A stretch of 64,000 nt of DNA from Candidatus Sericytochromatia bacterium (GTDB lineage: Bacteria > Cyanobacteriota > Sericytochromatia > S15B-MN24 > JAQBPE01). The stretch is from NCBI GenBank assembly GCA_035285125.1, contig JAYKHR010000173.1, positions 1-64,000 of the forward strand. The letters are read 5' to 3'. Position 1 is the first letter of the stretch. The number at the start of each line of letters is the position of its first letter. The position numbers were made by a program, and so were the translations under genes. Under the pieces are notes generated by a model. That model did not search any database, was not told the origin of the DNA, and worked only from the letters and a program-made list of their open reading frames with translations. Positions 1 through 10,240 of the stretch are shown here, one piece after another.

Positions 1-714
1 GGGGGGGGGGGGGGGGGGGGGGGGCGCCCCGGGCGCGGGGGGCAAGGGCACACCGGCCGGGGGGGGCCAGGCCGGGTTGGTGGTCGGAAGGTGATGGTGC
101 TGCTCCTGCAGCTGTCGCAGGGCGTCCAGCGCCGCCCGGTAGGCAGGGTCGTGGACCGGGGGCGGCGCGGACGCGCCCCAGGCGCCCTGCCCGGAGAAGG
201 CAACCGGTGTGAAGGCCGGGGGCGTGGGCGCGGGGAGGGGGGACGGCATCGGCACCGCCGGCGCGGCAGGCACCATCGGAACCGAGGGCACGGGGGGCGT
301 CGACACGCCTGGCGCTACCGAGGGAGCGGGAACCACCGCCGGGGAGGGGGGCGCGGGCTGAGGGGCGGCCCCGACGGCTGGCGAAGTCGGGGGGGGCGCG
401 GGGGCTGGCTGCCCGGGCCAGGGCGCGCCTGTCCACGCGGCCACCGCGGCCCGCGCCGACGTCACCAGGGACTCGAGCCCCGTGGACCACGGCGAGGAAG
501 CGGCAGCCATCGCAACCTGAGGCGACGGCCTGGAGACCGGGGCGATGGAGGCGCCGGGCACGGAGTTGCGGGCCGCCGCAGCAACGGCCAGGTGGTCCCG
601 TCCCATCCGCTGGGTGCGCTGCCCGGGCAGCAGGAGGTCAGGCTGCCCCGCAGGGGCCCCCCCGCGGGGAGCCGGCCTGTCGTTCAGGTTGAAGGAGCCG
701 GGAAGCGCTGGCAC
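1..714 (-). CDS. Pro/Ala-rich hypothetical protein, runs off the window end, reading frame apparently broken
   Basis: Minus strand has AGGAAGG then GTG near 714, then Pro/Ala-rich text (e.g. VPAAPAVPMPSPLPAPTPPAF...DPAYRAALDALRQLQEQHHH) that needs frame changes around G/C runs; next to the terminal poly-G, so sequence quality is doubtful. Confidence 0.3.
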   Translation of the reverse strand, partial: MPALPGSFNLNDRPAPRGGAPAGQPDLLLPGQRTQRMGRDHLAVAAAARNSVPGASIAPVSRPSPQVAMAAASSPWSTGLESLVTSARAAVAAWTGAPWPGQPAPAPPPTSPAVGAAPQPAPPSPAVVPAPSVAPGVSTPPVPSVPMVPAAPAVPMPSPLPAPTPPAFTPVAFSGQGAWGASAPPPVHDPAYRAALDALRQLQEQHHHLPTTNPAWPPPAGVPLPPAPGAPPPPPPPP

Positions 715-889
715 GTGACCTTCCTGTTCCGGGACACACGTGATCAGGTATCGGAGCCATCGCGCCATATTCGGTTATGCCCAGGTTAATTGTTTTTGAA
801 GCCATTCCTAAGCCACCCCCCGTCCTCGCCTCCGCTCTGCTTGCGTCCCTCGTCCGTTCGGGGGAACATGGCCGGACGGAGGTTGTTCC

Positions 890-1747
890 ATGGCCCGCAT
901 CAGCATCCCCGAGGCAGACGAGATCGTCGACCACCCGTTCCCCGTGCTCGACAAGGGCTTCGTTCGCCTCGTCGACTACATGGGCGGTGACGCGCGCGTG
1001 GTCCAGTCGGCCCGCGTCTCCTACGGAGAGGGCACCAAGACGGTCCGTGAGGACGCCGGGCTGATCAACTACTTGATGAAGAATGCGCACACCAGCCCCT
1101 TCGAGCAGGTGGTGCTGACCTTCCACATGAAGCTGCCCGTCTTCGTGGCCCGCCAGGTGATCCGCCACCGCACGGCTCGCCTCAACGAGATCTCCGGCCG
1201 CTACTCGGTGATGAAGGACGAGTTCTACGTGCCGGCTCCCGAGCGGGTCCAGGCCCAGAGCGAGGTCAACAAGCAGGGCAGCGGCGAGGCCCTCCCGCCA
1301 GAGGTCGCGCACCAGGTTCGGGAGACGCTGATCGCCGAACAGGCGGAGGTTTACGCCCACTACGAAGGCTTCCTGGCCCAGGACGTGGCCCGGGAACTGG
1401 CGCGGGTGAACCTGCCGCTCAGCCTCTACACCGAGTGGTACTGGCAGATCGACCTCCACAACCTGTTCCACTTCCTGCGGCTGAGGCTCGACTGGCACGC
1501 CCAGGCGGAGGTCAGGGCGTACGCCGAGGCGATGGCAGGGATCGCGCGCCGCGTAGCGCCCCTGTGCTACCAGGCCTTCGAGGAACACGTGCTCGAGGGG
1601 CGGCGCTTCAGCCGCAAGGAGCTGGAAGCTCTGCGGGCCCTGCTGCGGGGCGAGGAGGTCACGCTCGGGGACCGCGCACGCGCCGAGTTCGAGGGCAAGC
1701 TTTGGGGCCCTCAGGGAGCCCCGATGGCGCAGCCCACGCAGGGCTGA
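890..1747 (+). CDS. thyX: FAD-dependent thymidylate synthase
   Basis: ThyX motif RHRTARLNEISGRY, HTSPFE, ARVSYG, HAQAEVR; GGAGG upstream of ATG. Confidence 0.97.
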   Translation: MARISIPEADEIVDHPFPVLDKGFVRLVDYMGGDARVVQSARVSYGEGTKTVREDAGLINYLMKNAHTSPFEQVVLTFHMKLPVFVARQVIRHRTARLNEISGRYSVMKDEFYVPAPERVQAQSEVNKQGSGEALPPEVAHQVRETLIAEQAEVYAHYEGFLAQDVARELARVNLPLSLYTEWYWQIDLHNLFHFLRLRLDWHAQAEVRAYAEAMAGIARRVAPLCYQAFEEHVLEGRRFSRKELEALRALLRGEEVTLGDRARAEFEGKLWGPQGAPMAQPTQG

Positions 1748-1754
1748 GGCCCGG

Positions 1755-2333
1755 TCAGCGTCGGTCGAGCGCCTGCCAAAGTGCCGTCAACTCGGCCGGG
1801 TCGAGCGCCCGCCAGGTCCCGGAGGGCAGTGCCTCCAGCCTGAGGGGCCCGACGGCGACGCGCAACAGTCGCAACGTCGGGTGGCCCACGGCGGCAGTCA
1901 TCCGACGCACCTGCCGGTTACGCCCCTCTCGGAGCGTCAGCTCCAGCCAGCTGGTGGGGATGTGCCGACGCTCGCGGATGGGCGGCACGCGGGGGGGCAC
2001 CTCGGGCGCCACCGGCAGCAGGCTGGCCCCGGCGGGTCGGGTGCGCTGCCCCTGCACGGGGACACCGTCCCGCAGCTGCTGGAGCGCGGCCTCATCCGGG
2101 ATGCCCTCCACCTGCGCCCAGTACACCTTCGAGTGGCCGTGGCGGGGCTCGGTCAGACGCGCCTTCAGGCGGTTGTCGGAGGTCAGCACGAGCAGCCCCT
2201 CGCTGTCGTGGTCGAGGCGCCCGGCGGCGTAGACCCCCGGCACCTCGATGTACCGCCCCAGGCCGGGGTGGCCATCCTCGTCTGAGAACTGGCTGAGGAC
2301 GCCGTAAGGCTTGTGGAAGATCAAGGTCGGCAC
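1755..2333 (-). CDS. rluE: rRNA pseudouridine synthase, RsuA family (RluE-like, no S4 domain)
   Basis: HKPYGVLSQF, GRLDHDSEGLL (catalytic Asp), PPIRERRHIPTSWLEL, EGRNRQVRRM; start taken at GTG 2333. Confidence 0.85.
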   Translation of the reverse strand: MPTLIFHKPYGVLSQFSDEDGHPGLGRYIEVPGVYAAGRLDHDSEGLLVLTSDNRLKARLTEPRHGHSKVYWAQVEGIPDEAALQQLRDGVPVQGQRTRPAGASLLPVAPEVPPRVPPIRERRHIPTSWLELTLREGRNRQVRRMTAAVGHPTLRLLRVAVGPLRLEALPSGTWRALDPAELTALWQALDRR

Positions 2334-2379
2334 AGGGTGCACGTACCCGCCCACGCCGGGGCACTCCCGGGGGGGGGGG

Positions 2380-2388
2380 TGCTATACT
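2380..2388 (+). promoter_or_regulatory. extended -10 promoter element for fabF-rnc-rpe
   Basis: TGCTATACT about 57 nt upstream of the fabF ATG, preceded by a G11 run. Confidence 0.55.
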
Positions 2389-2445
2389 GAAACCACCTGG
2401 CTCAGGCGGCGTGGTGTCGCAGGGCCCGGCCCGGAGCGACTGCCC

Positions 2446-3744
2446 ATGCCGTTCGATGAGAGCCGTTCGCCCTCGCATGCCGACGACCGCCGGGCGGAGG
2501 ATGGCCCCGTGCGGGTGGTGGTGACAGGCCTGGGGGCTGTCACCCCCCTCGGCACCGGCGTCGCCGCCTACTGGGACGGGCTCGTGACAGGGCGCAGCGG
2601 CATCGGGCCCATCACCGCCTTCGACGCGAGCGCGCTCGACTGCCGCATCGCCGGGCAGGTGCCCGACTTTGATCCGCTCGCCTGGGTCGAGGACCGCAAG
2701 GAGGCCCGGCGCCTGGCACGCTTCAGCCAGTTCGCAATCGCAGCCAGCAAGCAAGCCCTCGCCGATGCCGGGCTGCCCCTCTCGGCCGGCTCGGCAGAGC
2801 GACTGGGCGTTTGCATCGGCTCGGGGATGGGGGGCCTCGGGGCGCTCGAGGAGCAGTTCGACGTGCTGCGGGACCGGGGACCGGGTCGCGTCAGCCCGTT
2901 CACGGTGCCGATGATGATCACCAACATGGCCGCCGGGAACGTCGCGATCGCCGTGGGCGCCAGAGGCCCCAACACCTGCCCCGTGACGGCCTGCGCCTCG
3001 GGCACGCACGCCATCGGTGAGGCCTTCGAGATCCTGCGGCGCGGCGCCGCTGACGCCATGCTGGCGGGGGGGGCAGAGGCCGTCATCACCCCGATGGGCA
3101 TCGCCGCCTTCGCCTCGGCGCGGGCCCTCTCAACCCGCAACGACGACCCGTCGCGCGCGAGCCGGCCTTTCGATCGCCTGCGGGACGGCTTCGTCATGGG
3201 GGAGGGCGCAGGCGTGGTCCTGCTCGAGACCCTGGCACACGCACGAGCGCGAGGGGCCCGCATCTACGCCGAGCTAACGGGGTGGGGCATGACGTGCGAC
3301 GCCCACCACATGACGGCCCCCTCGCCCGACGGCGCCGGCATCGTGCGGGCGATGGCGGCCGCACTCACGCAGGCCGACGTGGCGCCCACGGAGGTGGGCT
3401 ACTTGAACGCGCACGGCACCTCGACGCCCCTCAACGACGCCATCGAGACTGAGGCTGTGAAGGCGGTCTTCGGCGCCCACGCGCCGCACCTCCCCGTCTC
3501 GTCCGTGAAGTCGATGACGGGGCACCTGCTCGGCGCCGCCGGCGGCGTGGAGGCGATTGCGACGGTGCTTGCCCTGCACCACGGCCTGCTGCCGCCCACG
3601 ATCAACCTCGAGGAACCCGACCCGGCCTGCGACCTGGACTACGTGCCGAACGTCGCCCGCGTCGCCGCCGTGGAGGTCGCGATGTCGAACAGCATGGGCT
3701 TCGGCGGGCACAACGCCAGCCTGATCTTCCGGCGCGCGAGATGA
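2446..3744 (+). CDS. fabF: 3-oxoacyl-ACP synthase II
   Basis: VVVTGLG, TACASG (catalytic Cys), NAHGTST, KSMTGHLLGAAG, SNSMGFGGHNA. Confidence 0.97.
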   Translation: MPFDESRSPSHADDRRAEDGPVRVVVTGLGAVTPLGTGVAAYWDGLVTGRSGIGPITAFDASALDCRIAGQVPDFDPLAWVEDRKEARRLARFSQFAIAASKQALADAGLPLSAGSAERLGVCIGSGMGGLGALEEQFDVLRDRGPGRVSPFTVPMMITNMAAGNVAIAVGARGPNTCPVTACASGTHAIGEAFEILRRGAADAMLAGGAEAVITPMGIAAFASARALSTRNDDPSRASRPFDRLRDGFVMGEGAGVVLLETLAHARARGARIYAELTGWGMTCDAHHMTAPSPDGAGIVRAMAAALTQADVAPTEVGYLNAHGTSTPLNDAIETEAVKAVFGAHAPHLPVSSVKSMTGHLLGAAGGVEAIATVLALHHGLLPPTINLEEPDPACDLDYVPNVARVAAVEVAMSNSMGFGGHNASLIFRRAR

Positions 3745-4439
3745 CCCGACCCGTCGAGGACCTGCTGGTGCGCGCCGGCCTTCCAGCAGACCAGGGGCTG
3801 CCGCTCTTCACGGCCGCCCTGACCCACGCCTCTGCGGAGGGACAGCCGCACTACGAGCGGCTGGAGTACCTCGGGGACGCCGTGTTGAAGCTGGTCGTCT
3901 CCGAGTGGCTCTATGCGCGCACCCCCCCCCTCAGTGAGGGTGCCATGACGCTGGTGCGGGCCCGCTGCGTCAGCGACGCAGCGCTCGCCAGGGCTGCCGT
4001 CGCGCTCGACGTGGGCCCTCACCTGATTCTCGGTGCCTCCGAGAAGAAGTCGGGCGGGAGACTCAAGCCAAGCATCCTCGCGAGCGCCTTCGAGGCGCTG
4101 ATCGGCGCGGTGCATCTGGTCCACGGCCCTACCCGGGCTGCCGACTTCCTCGAGACCTGGCTTGCGGGCGAGTACGAGGCGGCCCTTCCCGAGGCCGGCC
4201 GCAAGAACCCCGCCACCCTGCTCCAGGAATGGGTGCAACGCGTGCACCAAAGCTTGCCGACCTATGAGGTCAAGGCCCTCGACGGTGCGCCCCCGCACCA
4301 GCCCGAGTTCCAGGCCACCGTCACCGTCGCGGGGCAGCAGCTCGCTCAGGCCACGGGCCCCAGCAAGCGAGCCGCCAGGACCCTCGCTGCCGAGGCCGCC
4401 CTGGCCGCATTGCAACGCAAGGACCCTGACCGTGCCTGA
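3741..4439 (+). CDS. rnc: ribonuclease III
   Basis: ALTHAS, ERLEYLGDAVL, FEALIGA, C-terminal dsRBD; ATGA overlap with fabF. Confidence 0.96.
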   Translation: MTRPVEDLLVRAGLPADQGLPLFTAALTHASAEGQPHYERLEYLGDAVLKLVVSEWLYARTPPLSEGAMTLVRARCVSDAALARAAVALDVGPHLILGASEKKSGGRLKPSILASAFEALIGAVHLVHGPTRAADFLETWLAGEYEAALPEAGRKNPATLLQEWVQRVHQSLPTYEVKALDGAPPHQPEFQATVTVAGQQLAQATGPSKRAARTLAAEAALAALQRKDPDRA

Positions 4440-5103
4440 CGCTTCCGCGGTCCTCGTGGCGCCCTCTGTGCTGGCCGCCGACTTCGCCCGGCTTGGGGAC
4501 ACCCTCGCCGGGCTGGAGGCCGCCGGCGCTGACTGGGTCCACCTCGACGTGATGGATGGGCGCTTCGTTCCCAACATGACGTTCGGGCCGCCCGTCATCG
4601 CGGCGATGCGGCCCCACACCCGCCTGCCGTTCGACGTGCACCTGATGATCGTCGAGCCAGAGAAGCACCTGGAGGCCTTCGCGGCGGCCGGCGCCGACGC
4701 CATCACGGTGCACGTCGAGGCCTGCACCCACCTGCACCGCACGCTGGCCGCCATCCGGGCACTCGGCAAGCGGGCGGGCGTGGCGCTCAACCCCGCCACC
4801 CCGATCGCGGGGCTCGCCTACGTGCGGGACCTGCTCGACCTCGTCCTCGTGATGTCCGTGAACCCGGGGTTCGGTGGTCAGTCGTTCATCCCGGCAGTGC
4901 TGCCGAAAATCACGGCCCTGCGTGAGCTGGCAGGCCTGGCCGGCCCCCCGCTCCGCATCGCCGTCGACGGCGGCATCGACGCCCACACCGCCGGGCAGGT
5001 GGTGGCAGCGGGCGCCGACGTGCTGGTGGCCGGCAGCGCAGTGTTCGGCGCCGCAGACGTGGGCGGGGCGATCGGGCGGCTGAGGGCGGCCGCCCTGGAC
5101 TGA
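4432..5103 (+). CDS. rpe: ribulose-phosphate 3-epimerase
   Basis: APSVLAADF, HLDVMDGRFVPN, DVHLMI, MSVNPGFGGQ, VDGGI; GTG start overlapping rnc. Confidence 0.97.
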   Translation: MPDASAVLVAPSVLAADFARLGDTLAGLEAAGADWVHLDVMDGRFVPNMTFGPPVIAAMRPHTRLPFDVHLMIVEPEKHLEAFAAAGADAITVHVEACTHLHRTLAAIRALGKRAGVALNPATPIAGLAYVRDLLDLVLVMSVNPGFGGQSFIPAVLPKITALRELAGLAGPPLRIAVDGGIDAHTAGQVVAAGADVLVAGSAVFGAADVGGAIGRLRAAALD

Positions 5104-5111
5104 CGCCGGGC

Positions 5112-5393
5112 TCAGCGGTACAGCATCCACCAGGCGATGACTGACACGGCCGCCAGCGAGATGCCCAGCCGCAGGCCGCGCAGCAGGCCCTGCCAGGCTC
5201 CTTCGGCCGGAACGATGGGCCGGCCGAACAGCATCAGGCCGGCGCCGATCAGCATCACGCCCAGGTAGAGCATGTCGAGCGACAGGACGCCGCTGAGAGA
5301 CAGGTGACGCGTCACCCAGCGGTAGGTGCCCCCATAGACCCCAACCGCAAAGAGGTAGAGGCCGACGGCTTCGGCCCGGGTGATGAACGGCAT
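5112..5393 (-). CDS. small membrane protein with three hydrophobic segments
   Basis: MPFITRAEAVGLYLFAVGVYGG...MLYLGVMLIGAGLMLFG...LGISLAAVSVIAWWMLYR; start could also be ATG 5459. Confidence 0.6.
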   Translation of the reverse strand: MPFITRAEAVGLYLFAVGVYGGTYRWVTRHLSLSGVLSLDMLYLGVMLIGAGLMLFGRPIVPAEGAWQGLLRGLRLGISLAAVSVIAWWMLYR

Positions 5394-5456
5394 CTGCTGC
5401 GCCTGGACCTCCGGGGCGTCACGCCTGGCGACCCTCGCCCCCCCGCGCAACGAGGT

Positions 5457-5491
5457 CATTCTACCCCGCGCCGTGGGGCTCGGGTAGAATG
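5457..5491. promoter_or_regulatory. 10-bp inverted repeat forming back-to-back TAGAAT -10 elements
   Basis: CATTCTACCC (5457-5466) and GGGTAGAATG (5482-5491) between divergent genes. Confidence 0.5.
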
Positions 5492-5528
5492 GCCGGGTGG
5501 GGCTCGCGTCGTCGTGGAGGAGCTGCCT

Positions 5529-6881
5529 TTGTCGTCCATCGTGTTCCGCAACGTGGCCGTGGCCGATGCCGAGGTGCCGGGGGGCGTGCGTCAGGGCGTC
5601 CACCTGCGCGTCGAGGCCGGGCTCATCTCCCACGTGGGGCCCGAGGTGCCCACCGCCGACCGAGACCTGGACGCCACAGGCCACCTGGCCATCCCGGGCC
5701 TGGTGAACTGCCACCACCACCTGTACCAGAGCTTGACGCGCGTGATGCCAGCCGTCCAGAGCGCCGAGTTGTTCCCGTGGCTGCAGGTGCAGTACCCCAT
5801 CTGGGCCCGCATGGACGGCGAGGCGGTCCACGTCAGCGCCCTCGTCTCCCTCTCCGAGTTGCTGCTGTCGGGCTGCACGACCGTCTCCGACATGTTCTAC
5901 GTCTTCCCGCGGGGATCAGACGTGGCGCTCGACCAGGTCATCGAAGCAGCCCAGGTGCTCGGCATGCGGATTCACGCGGGCCGGGGCAGCATGTCGCTCG
6001 GCCAGAGCGCCGGGGGACTGCCTCCCGATCACGTGGTGCAGACCCCGGACGAGATCCTCGCCGACACCGAGCGGCTGGTGGACCGCTACCACGACGCGAA
6101 GGCGGGGGCTATGGTCCGCATCGACGTGATGCCCTGCTCGCCCTTCTCCGTCACGGCCGAGCTGATGACCGCCAGCCGGGACCTCGCGCGGCGCCGGGGG
6201 CTGCTGCTGCACACACACCTTGCAGAGACCCTGGACGAAGAGCGGTTCTGTCTGGAAACCTTTGGCGTCAGACCCCTCGGCTATCTTGAGAAGCTAGGCT
6301 GGCTGGGACCGGACGTCTATCTCGCCCACGGCATCCACTTCGACGACGCCGAGCTGGACAACCTGGCCCACACGGGGACGGGCGTGGCCCACTGCCCAAG
6401 CTCGAACATGCGCCTGGGTTCCGGCATCGCCCGCGTGGTCGAGATGCGGCGACGGGGCATCCGGGTGGGCCTGGCGGTGGACGGTTCTGCCAGCAACGAC
6501 GGCAACAACCTTCTGCTCGAGGCCCGCATGGCCCTGATGGCAGCCCGCCTGCGCACGGGGGCCTCGTCGATGACGCCCCACGACGCCCTCGACCTCGCGA
6601 CGGCTGGTGGCGCCCGCCTGCTCGCCCGGCCGGAGCTTGGCCGCATCGCCGTGGGGCTGCCAGCCGACCTCGCCCTCTTCGATCTGAACCGCATCGAGTA
6701 CGCGGGCGCGGTCGAGCAGGATCCGCTGGGGGCGCTGCTGCTGTGCCACCCCACCCCGCCCCGCCACGTGCTGGTCAACGGCGAGCTGCGCGTCGAGCAG
6801 GGCGCCATCCCCGGCCTGGACCTGCCCGGCCTCGTGGCACGCCACAATGGCCTGGTGCGCCGCCTGATGGCGAGGCGCTGA
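5529..6881 (+). CDS. amidohydrolase, 8-oxoguanine deaminase/AtzB-like
   Basis: PGLVNCHHHLYQSLTR, LHTHLAET, HCPSSNMRLGSG, VDGSASND; GGAGGAG before TTG 5529. Confidence 0.9.
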   Translation: MSSIVFRNVAVADAEVPGGVRQGVHLRVEAGLISHVGPEVPTADRDLDATGHLAIPGLVNCHHHLYQSLTRVMPAVQSAELFPWLQVQYPIWARMDGEAVHVSALVSLSELLLSGCTTVSDMFYVFPRGSDVALDQVIEAAQVLGMRIHAGRGSMSLGQSAGGLPPDHVVQTPDEILADTERLVDRYHDAKAGAMVRIDVMPCSPFSVTAELMTASRDLARRRGLLLHTHLAETLDEERFCLETFGVRPLGYLEKLGWLGPDVYLAHGIHFDDAELDNLAHTGTGVAHCPSSNMRLGSGIARVVEMRRRGIRVGLAVDGSASNDGNNLLLEARMALMAARLRTGASSMTPHDALDLATAGGARLLARPELGRIAVGLPADLALFDLNRIEYAGAVEQDPLGALLLCHPTPPRHVLVNGELRVEQGAIPGLDLPGLVARHNGLVRRLMARR

Positions 6882-6886
6882 CGGCC

Positions 6887-8299
6887 TCAGGGCAGCCCGT
6901 CTGCCCGAGCCCGCACCAGCACGGCCTCGGCGATGCGCCTGCCGAGCAACTTGCCGTCCTCGTTGTCTCGCTCGTAGTGGATCCCGCCATACAGCCGCGA
7001 CACGGCCGCCTCGTCGGCCAGGCCCGTCACGCGCGCCCGCTCGTCGGGGAAGACGGCGCCCAGGTAGGTGGCAGCCGCCATCGAGCACGACGAGTGGCCG
7101 GACGGGTAGGACGGGTGTGGCGGGGTGGGCACGAACGATTTGAACCCGCCGGCCGCCATCTGGGGCCGCGGGAGCAGGATGCTGTACTTGTTGTGCCAGG
7201 TGGCGATGAAGGCGTCCGCCATCAGGACATGGGCGTAGCCCAGGAGCCGAGCTGCCCGCGGCGTGCTCAGGCGCCGCTCCAACGCCAGCGGGCGAATGAT
7301 GTCGTTCCACTGCGCCGCGGGCGCATCCAGGTTCCACTTGAGGGCGATGTCCTTCTGCGCCTGCGTCAGGTCTCGGCCCACGGCGAGGACCTGGTCCAGG
7401 CCAGGCTGGAAGCCCGGCTCGCCAGGAAACGCGGGCCTATCCAGGCGATAGGTTGCCACGTCGCCGATCAGCCAAGGCTTCCAGCTGCCCGCCAGCGGCT
7501 CCATCGGGCTCGCGTGTGTCCATTGCCCAGGCTGCACCGCCAGCGGCAGCGTCGGCCGGGCGTCAGAGCCGTCCACGCGCGCCCGGGACACCACCTCGGC
7601 AGCCACGGCCTCGCCCAGCGTCCGCCCAGCCTCCACGTCGCTGCGCAGGGCGGTCCCTGCCGCGATGGCGGCCTCGGACGCGGTCTCGGCGCGTTGTTGC
7701 AGCTCCGTGCGCAGCTCCGGAAGGACCTCGCCCAGCGCAGCCGCGGCCGCATAGGAGACCGCAGCCTGCTCGGAGGGGAACGAGGGGATCCCCGCGTCCA
7801 CCGCCACCAGCGGCTTGATGCTGGGGTCCAAGACGCTCGGCGGGGCGCGCCGCACGGCCTGTTTGGCAGCCCACGTCGCCACCACGGCGTCATAGATGGC
7901 CGCGTGGGCGATGGCCAGGGCGCGGGCTGCCCGCGGCGGCACCAGGCCGGCCTCCAGCGTGAGGTCGTGGGCGAAGCCGCTCCAGCGCACCGGGGCGGGC
8001 TGCTCGTGCCAGTAGTCGACGGCCTTCCGCTCCTCCGGAGACAGCCCAGCCTGGCGGGCCTTCACCTCTGCCACCTCGGCAGGCACGCGGGTCGGGTCGG
8101 GGGCGCCCGGCAACAGCCTGGCCACATCCGCCACCACGATGGGGCGCCATTGGCCGGCGTCCGGGTCCACCGTCAGGGTGACTTGGGGGCTCGGGGGCGC
8201 CGATCCTGGCGCGGCCACGCAGCCGGTGGCCAGCGCCAAGCTGACGGCGAGGGCGCCGACCTGGCGCCAGACGTGACAGGCATGGGAGCGTGGGGACAT
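6887..8299 (-). CDS. vanadium-dependent haloperoxidase / PAP2-superfamily lipoprotein
   Basis: Lipobox LATGC; WHNKY..PRP, HPSYPSGHS, SRLYGGIHY motifs in the C-terminal half. Confidence 0.85.
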   Translation of the reverse strand: MSPRSHACHVWRQVGALAVSLALATGCVAAPGSAPPSPQVTLTVDPDAGQWRPIVVADVARLLPGAPDPTRVPAEVAEVKARQAGLSPEERKAVDYWHEQPAPVRWSGFAHDLTLEAGLVPPRAARALAIAHAAIYDAVVATWAAKQAVRRAPPSVLDPSIKPLVAVDAGIPSFPSEQAAVSYAAAAALGEVLPELRTELQQRAETASEAAIAAGTALRSDVEAGRTLGEAVAAEVVSRARVDGSDARPTLPLAVQPGQWTHASPMEPLAGSWKPWLIGDVATYRLDRPAFPGEPGFQPGLDQVLAVGRDLTQAQKDIALKWNLDAPAAQWNDIIRPLALERRLSTPRAARLLGYAHVLMADAFIATWHNKYSILLPRPQMAAGGFKSFVPTPPHPSYPSGHSSCSMAAATYLGAVFPDERARVTGLADEAAVSRLYGGIHYERDNEDGKLLGRRIAEAVLVRARADGLP

Positions 8300-8335
8300 G
8301 GGTCAGGCCTCCGGGAGTTCCACGACAACGGCCGA

Positions 8336-10240
8336 TCAGGGTTCGGTCGCGGGGGGCCGCTCGAGCAAGGCCCGCAGGTCCCCCTGCCTCCGTGTATACC
8401 CGCTGGCGTCGAGGTGCTCCAGAAACGGAATGGCGTATTTGCGTGAGGTGCCGATCGCCTCGCGCATCTGTGAGGCCGTCAGCTGAGCCTCGGCGGCGAA
8501 GGCGGCCCGCAGCCGATCTTTGATGACGGCCAGGCTCCCGGGCGTGGCGAAGATCCCGCCGGTAAAGCGCAACAGGCGTCCCCCCTCCACGAGGTCCTCG
8601 AGCAGCGCGTTCAAGCGATCGCCCGCCCCGAGCGACTCGAAGTCAGCCTGGTCGGCGAGCGGCTGGCGCTCGAACAGCCCCAGCATCTCCCCCTCGGCCC
8701 GCGCCAGCTCGGCGGGCAGCCGCGGCGCGTGGCCGGGCCTGGCGTGAAGCCGCCCGTGGCCCACCCACTCGCCGCGCGCAACGAGGGCCGCAGCCACCCG
8801 GCGCACCAGGGGCAGCGGCACCTTGGTGCGGCGGGCCAGTTCCTCGACGCTGAGCCCGATGCGCCAGGCCTGCCCGGCGTGGAAGGCATCCAGCGTGGCG
8901 CCGAGCCTGGCCGCCACCTCCCCGGCACCCTCGCCGTGCAGGTAGGTGCCGTCCCCCAGCGAGAACGCGTTGGCGGCAAGCCAGGCCTGCGCCTCGGCCC
9001 GCCGCTCGGCCGGAACGAACCCCAGCAGCGCGGGCTCCACCTGCGGGCGGTCTCCGGCAGCGCGCAAGGCCTCGGCCATGGCCGCTAGCGGGTCGCCCTC
9101 GACCAGGTGGGAGAGGGGCTGCAACACCGCCGCCTGGTTGCGCCGATGGCGCCCTGGCTGACCGTGCAGCACAACACCCCCACCGAGCAGCTCGGCGGGC
9201 GCGTAGCGCCGCAGCACGAAGCGATCGCCATAGGCCGCCGCCACCGGCCGCTCCAGCACCAGCTGGGCAACGCGTTGGTCCCCGGGGGCGAGGGCGTCGG
9301 CGTCAAGCAGGTGGAGCCGGCCGATCACCTCCCCACTGCCGTGGTGAAGCCGGATGCGCGTCCGATGCGTCACGGGCACGGCGGTCGGCAGCACCTCCAC
9401 GTGCACGTCCAGGCAGCTGGAGGCCACGAACGCCTCCGGGGCCACCACCCAGTCACCCCGCCCGATCTCTGCCCGCTCCAACCCGACCAGGTTGAGCGCG
9501 ACCCGTTCCCCGGCCTGCGCGGCTTGCCGGCGCTGGCCATGGACCTGCAGCCCCCGCACCCGGGTCGAGACGCCTGATGGGGCCAGCACCACCGGGTCCC
9601 CTTCCCGCAGGGTGCCTGCGCGCACAGTGCCCGTGACCACGGTGCCGAACCCCTGCTTGACGAAGACCCGGTCGATGGGCAAGCGGGCCGGCCCCGTCGC
9701 ATCGCGGCCAGGGACCTCGGCGGCCACCGCACCCAAGGCCTCGCACAGGGTGGGCAGCCCCACGCCGGTGAGGGCCGAGACCGGGACGATCGGCGCGCGT
9801 GCGAAGGGGGTGTCGGCGAGCGTGGCCCGCACGTCCTCCGCCGCGAGCTCGGCCAGCTCGGCGTCCACGGCGTCGAGCTTCGTCAGCGCCACAATGGCCC
9901 GGGGCACGTGAAGCAGGGACAAGATGGCCAGGTGCTCCCGGGTCTGCGGCATCACGCCGTCGTCAGCCGCGATCACGATGAGCGCCACGTCGATGCCCCC
10001 CACGCCCGCCAGCATGTTCTTCAGGAACCGCTCGTGGCCTGGCACGTCGATCACCGCAGCGTGGTGACCGTCAGGCAGGGTGAAGGCCGCAAAGCCGAGA
10101 TCGATCGTCATGCCCCGCCGCTGCTCCTCGGCGAGGCGATCCGTGTCGATGCCAGTCAGGGCCCGAATGAGCGTCGTCTTGCCGTGGTCGACGTGGCCTG
10201 CCGTGCCGATCACGAGGGGGGGGCGCACGGGCGTCGTCAC
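8336..10240 (-). CDS. selB: selenocysteine-specific elongation factor
   Basis: [37 protein letters not shown]-terminal winged helix [14 protein letters not shown]. Confidence 0.97.
   Translation of the reverse strand: MTTPVRPPLVIGTAGHVDHGKTTLIRALTGIDTDRLAEEQRRGMTIDLGFAAFTLPDGHHAAVIDVPGHERFLKNMLAGVGGIDVALIVIAADDGVMPQTREHLAILSLLHVPRAIVALTKLDAVDAELAELAAEDVRATLADTPFARAPIVPVSALTGVGLPTLCEALGAVAAEVPGRDATGPARLPIDRVFVKQGFGTVVTGTVRAGTLREGDPVVLAPSGVSTRVRGLQVHGQRRQAAQAGERVALNLVGLERAEIGRGDWVVAPEAFVASSCLDVHVEVLPTAVPVTHRTRIRLHHGSGEVIGRLHLLDADALAPGDQRVAQLVLERPVAAAYGDRFVLRRYAPAELLGGGVVLHGQPGRHRRNQAAVLQPLSHLVEGDPLAAMAEALRAAGDRPQVEPALLGFVPAERRAEAQAWLAANAFSLGDGTYLHGEGAGEVAARLGATLDAFHAGQAWRIGLSVEELARRTKVPLPLVRRVAAALVARGEWVGHGRLHARPGHAPRLPAELARAEGEMLGLFERQPLADQADFESLGAGDRLNALLEDLVEGGRLLRFTGGIFATPGSLAVIKDRLRAAFAAEAQLTASQMREAIGTSRKYAIPFLEHLDASGYTRRQGDLRALLERPPATEP

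Noticed and set aside
1..25. G25 run at the window start
   Set aside because: Terminal poly-G is a typical contig-end sequencing artefact; the adjacent ORF also has broken frames
91..789. Arg/Gly-rich plus-strand ORF
   Set aside because: Mirror of Pro-rich text on the minus strand; no RBS or motifs
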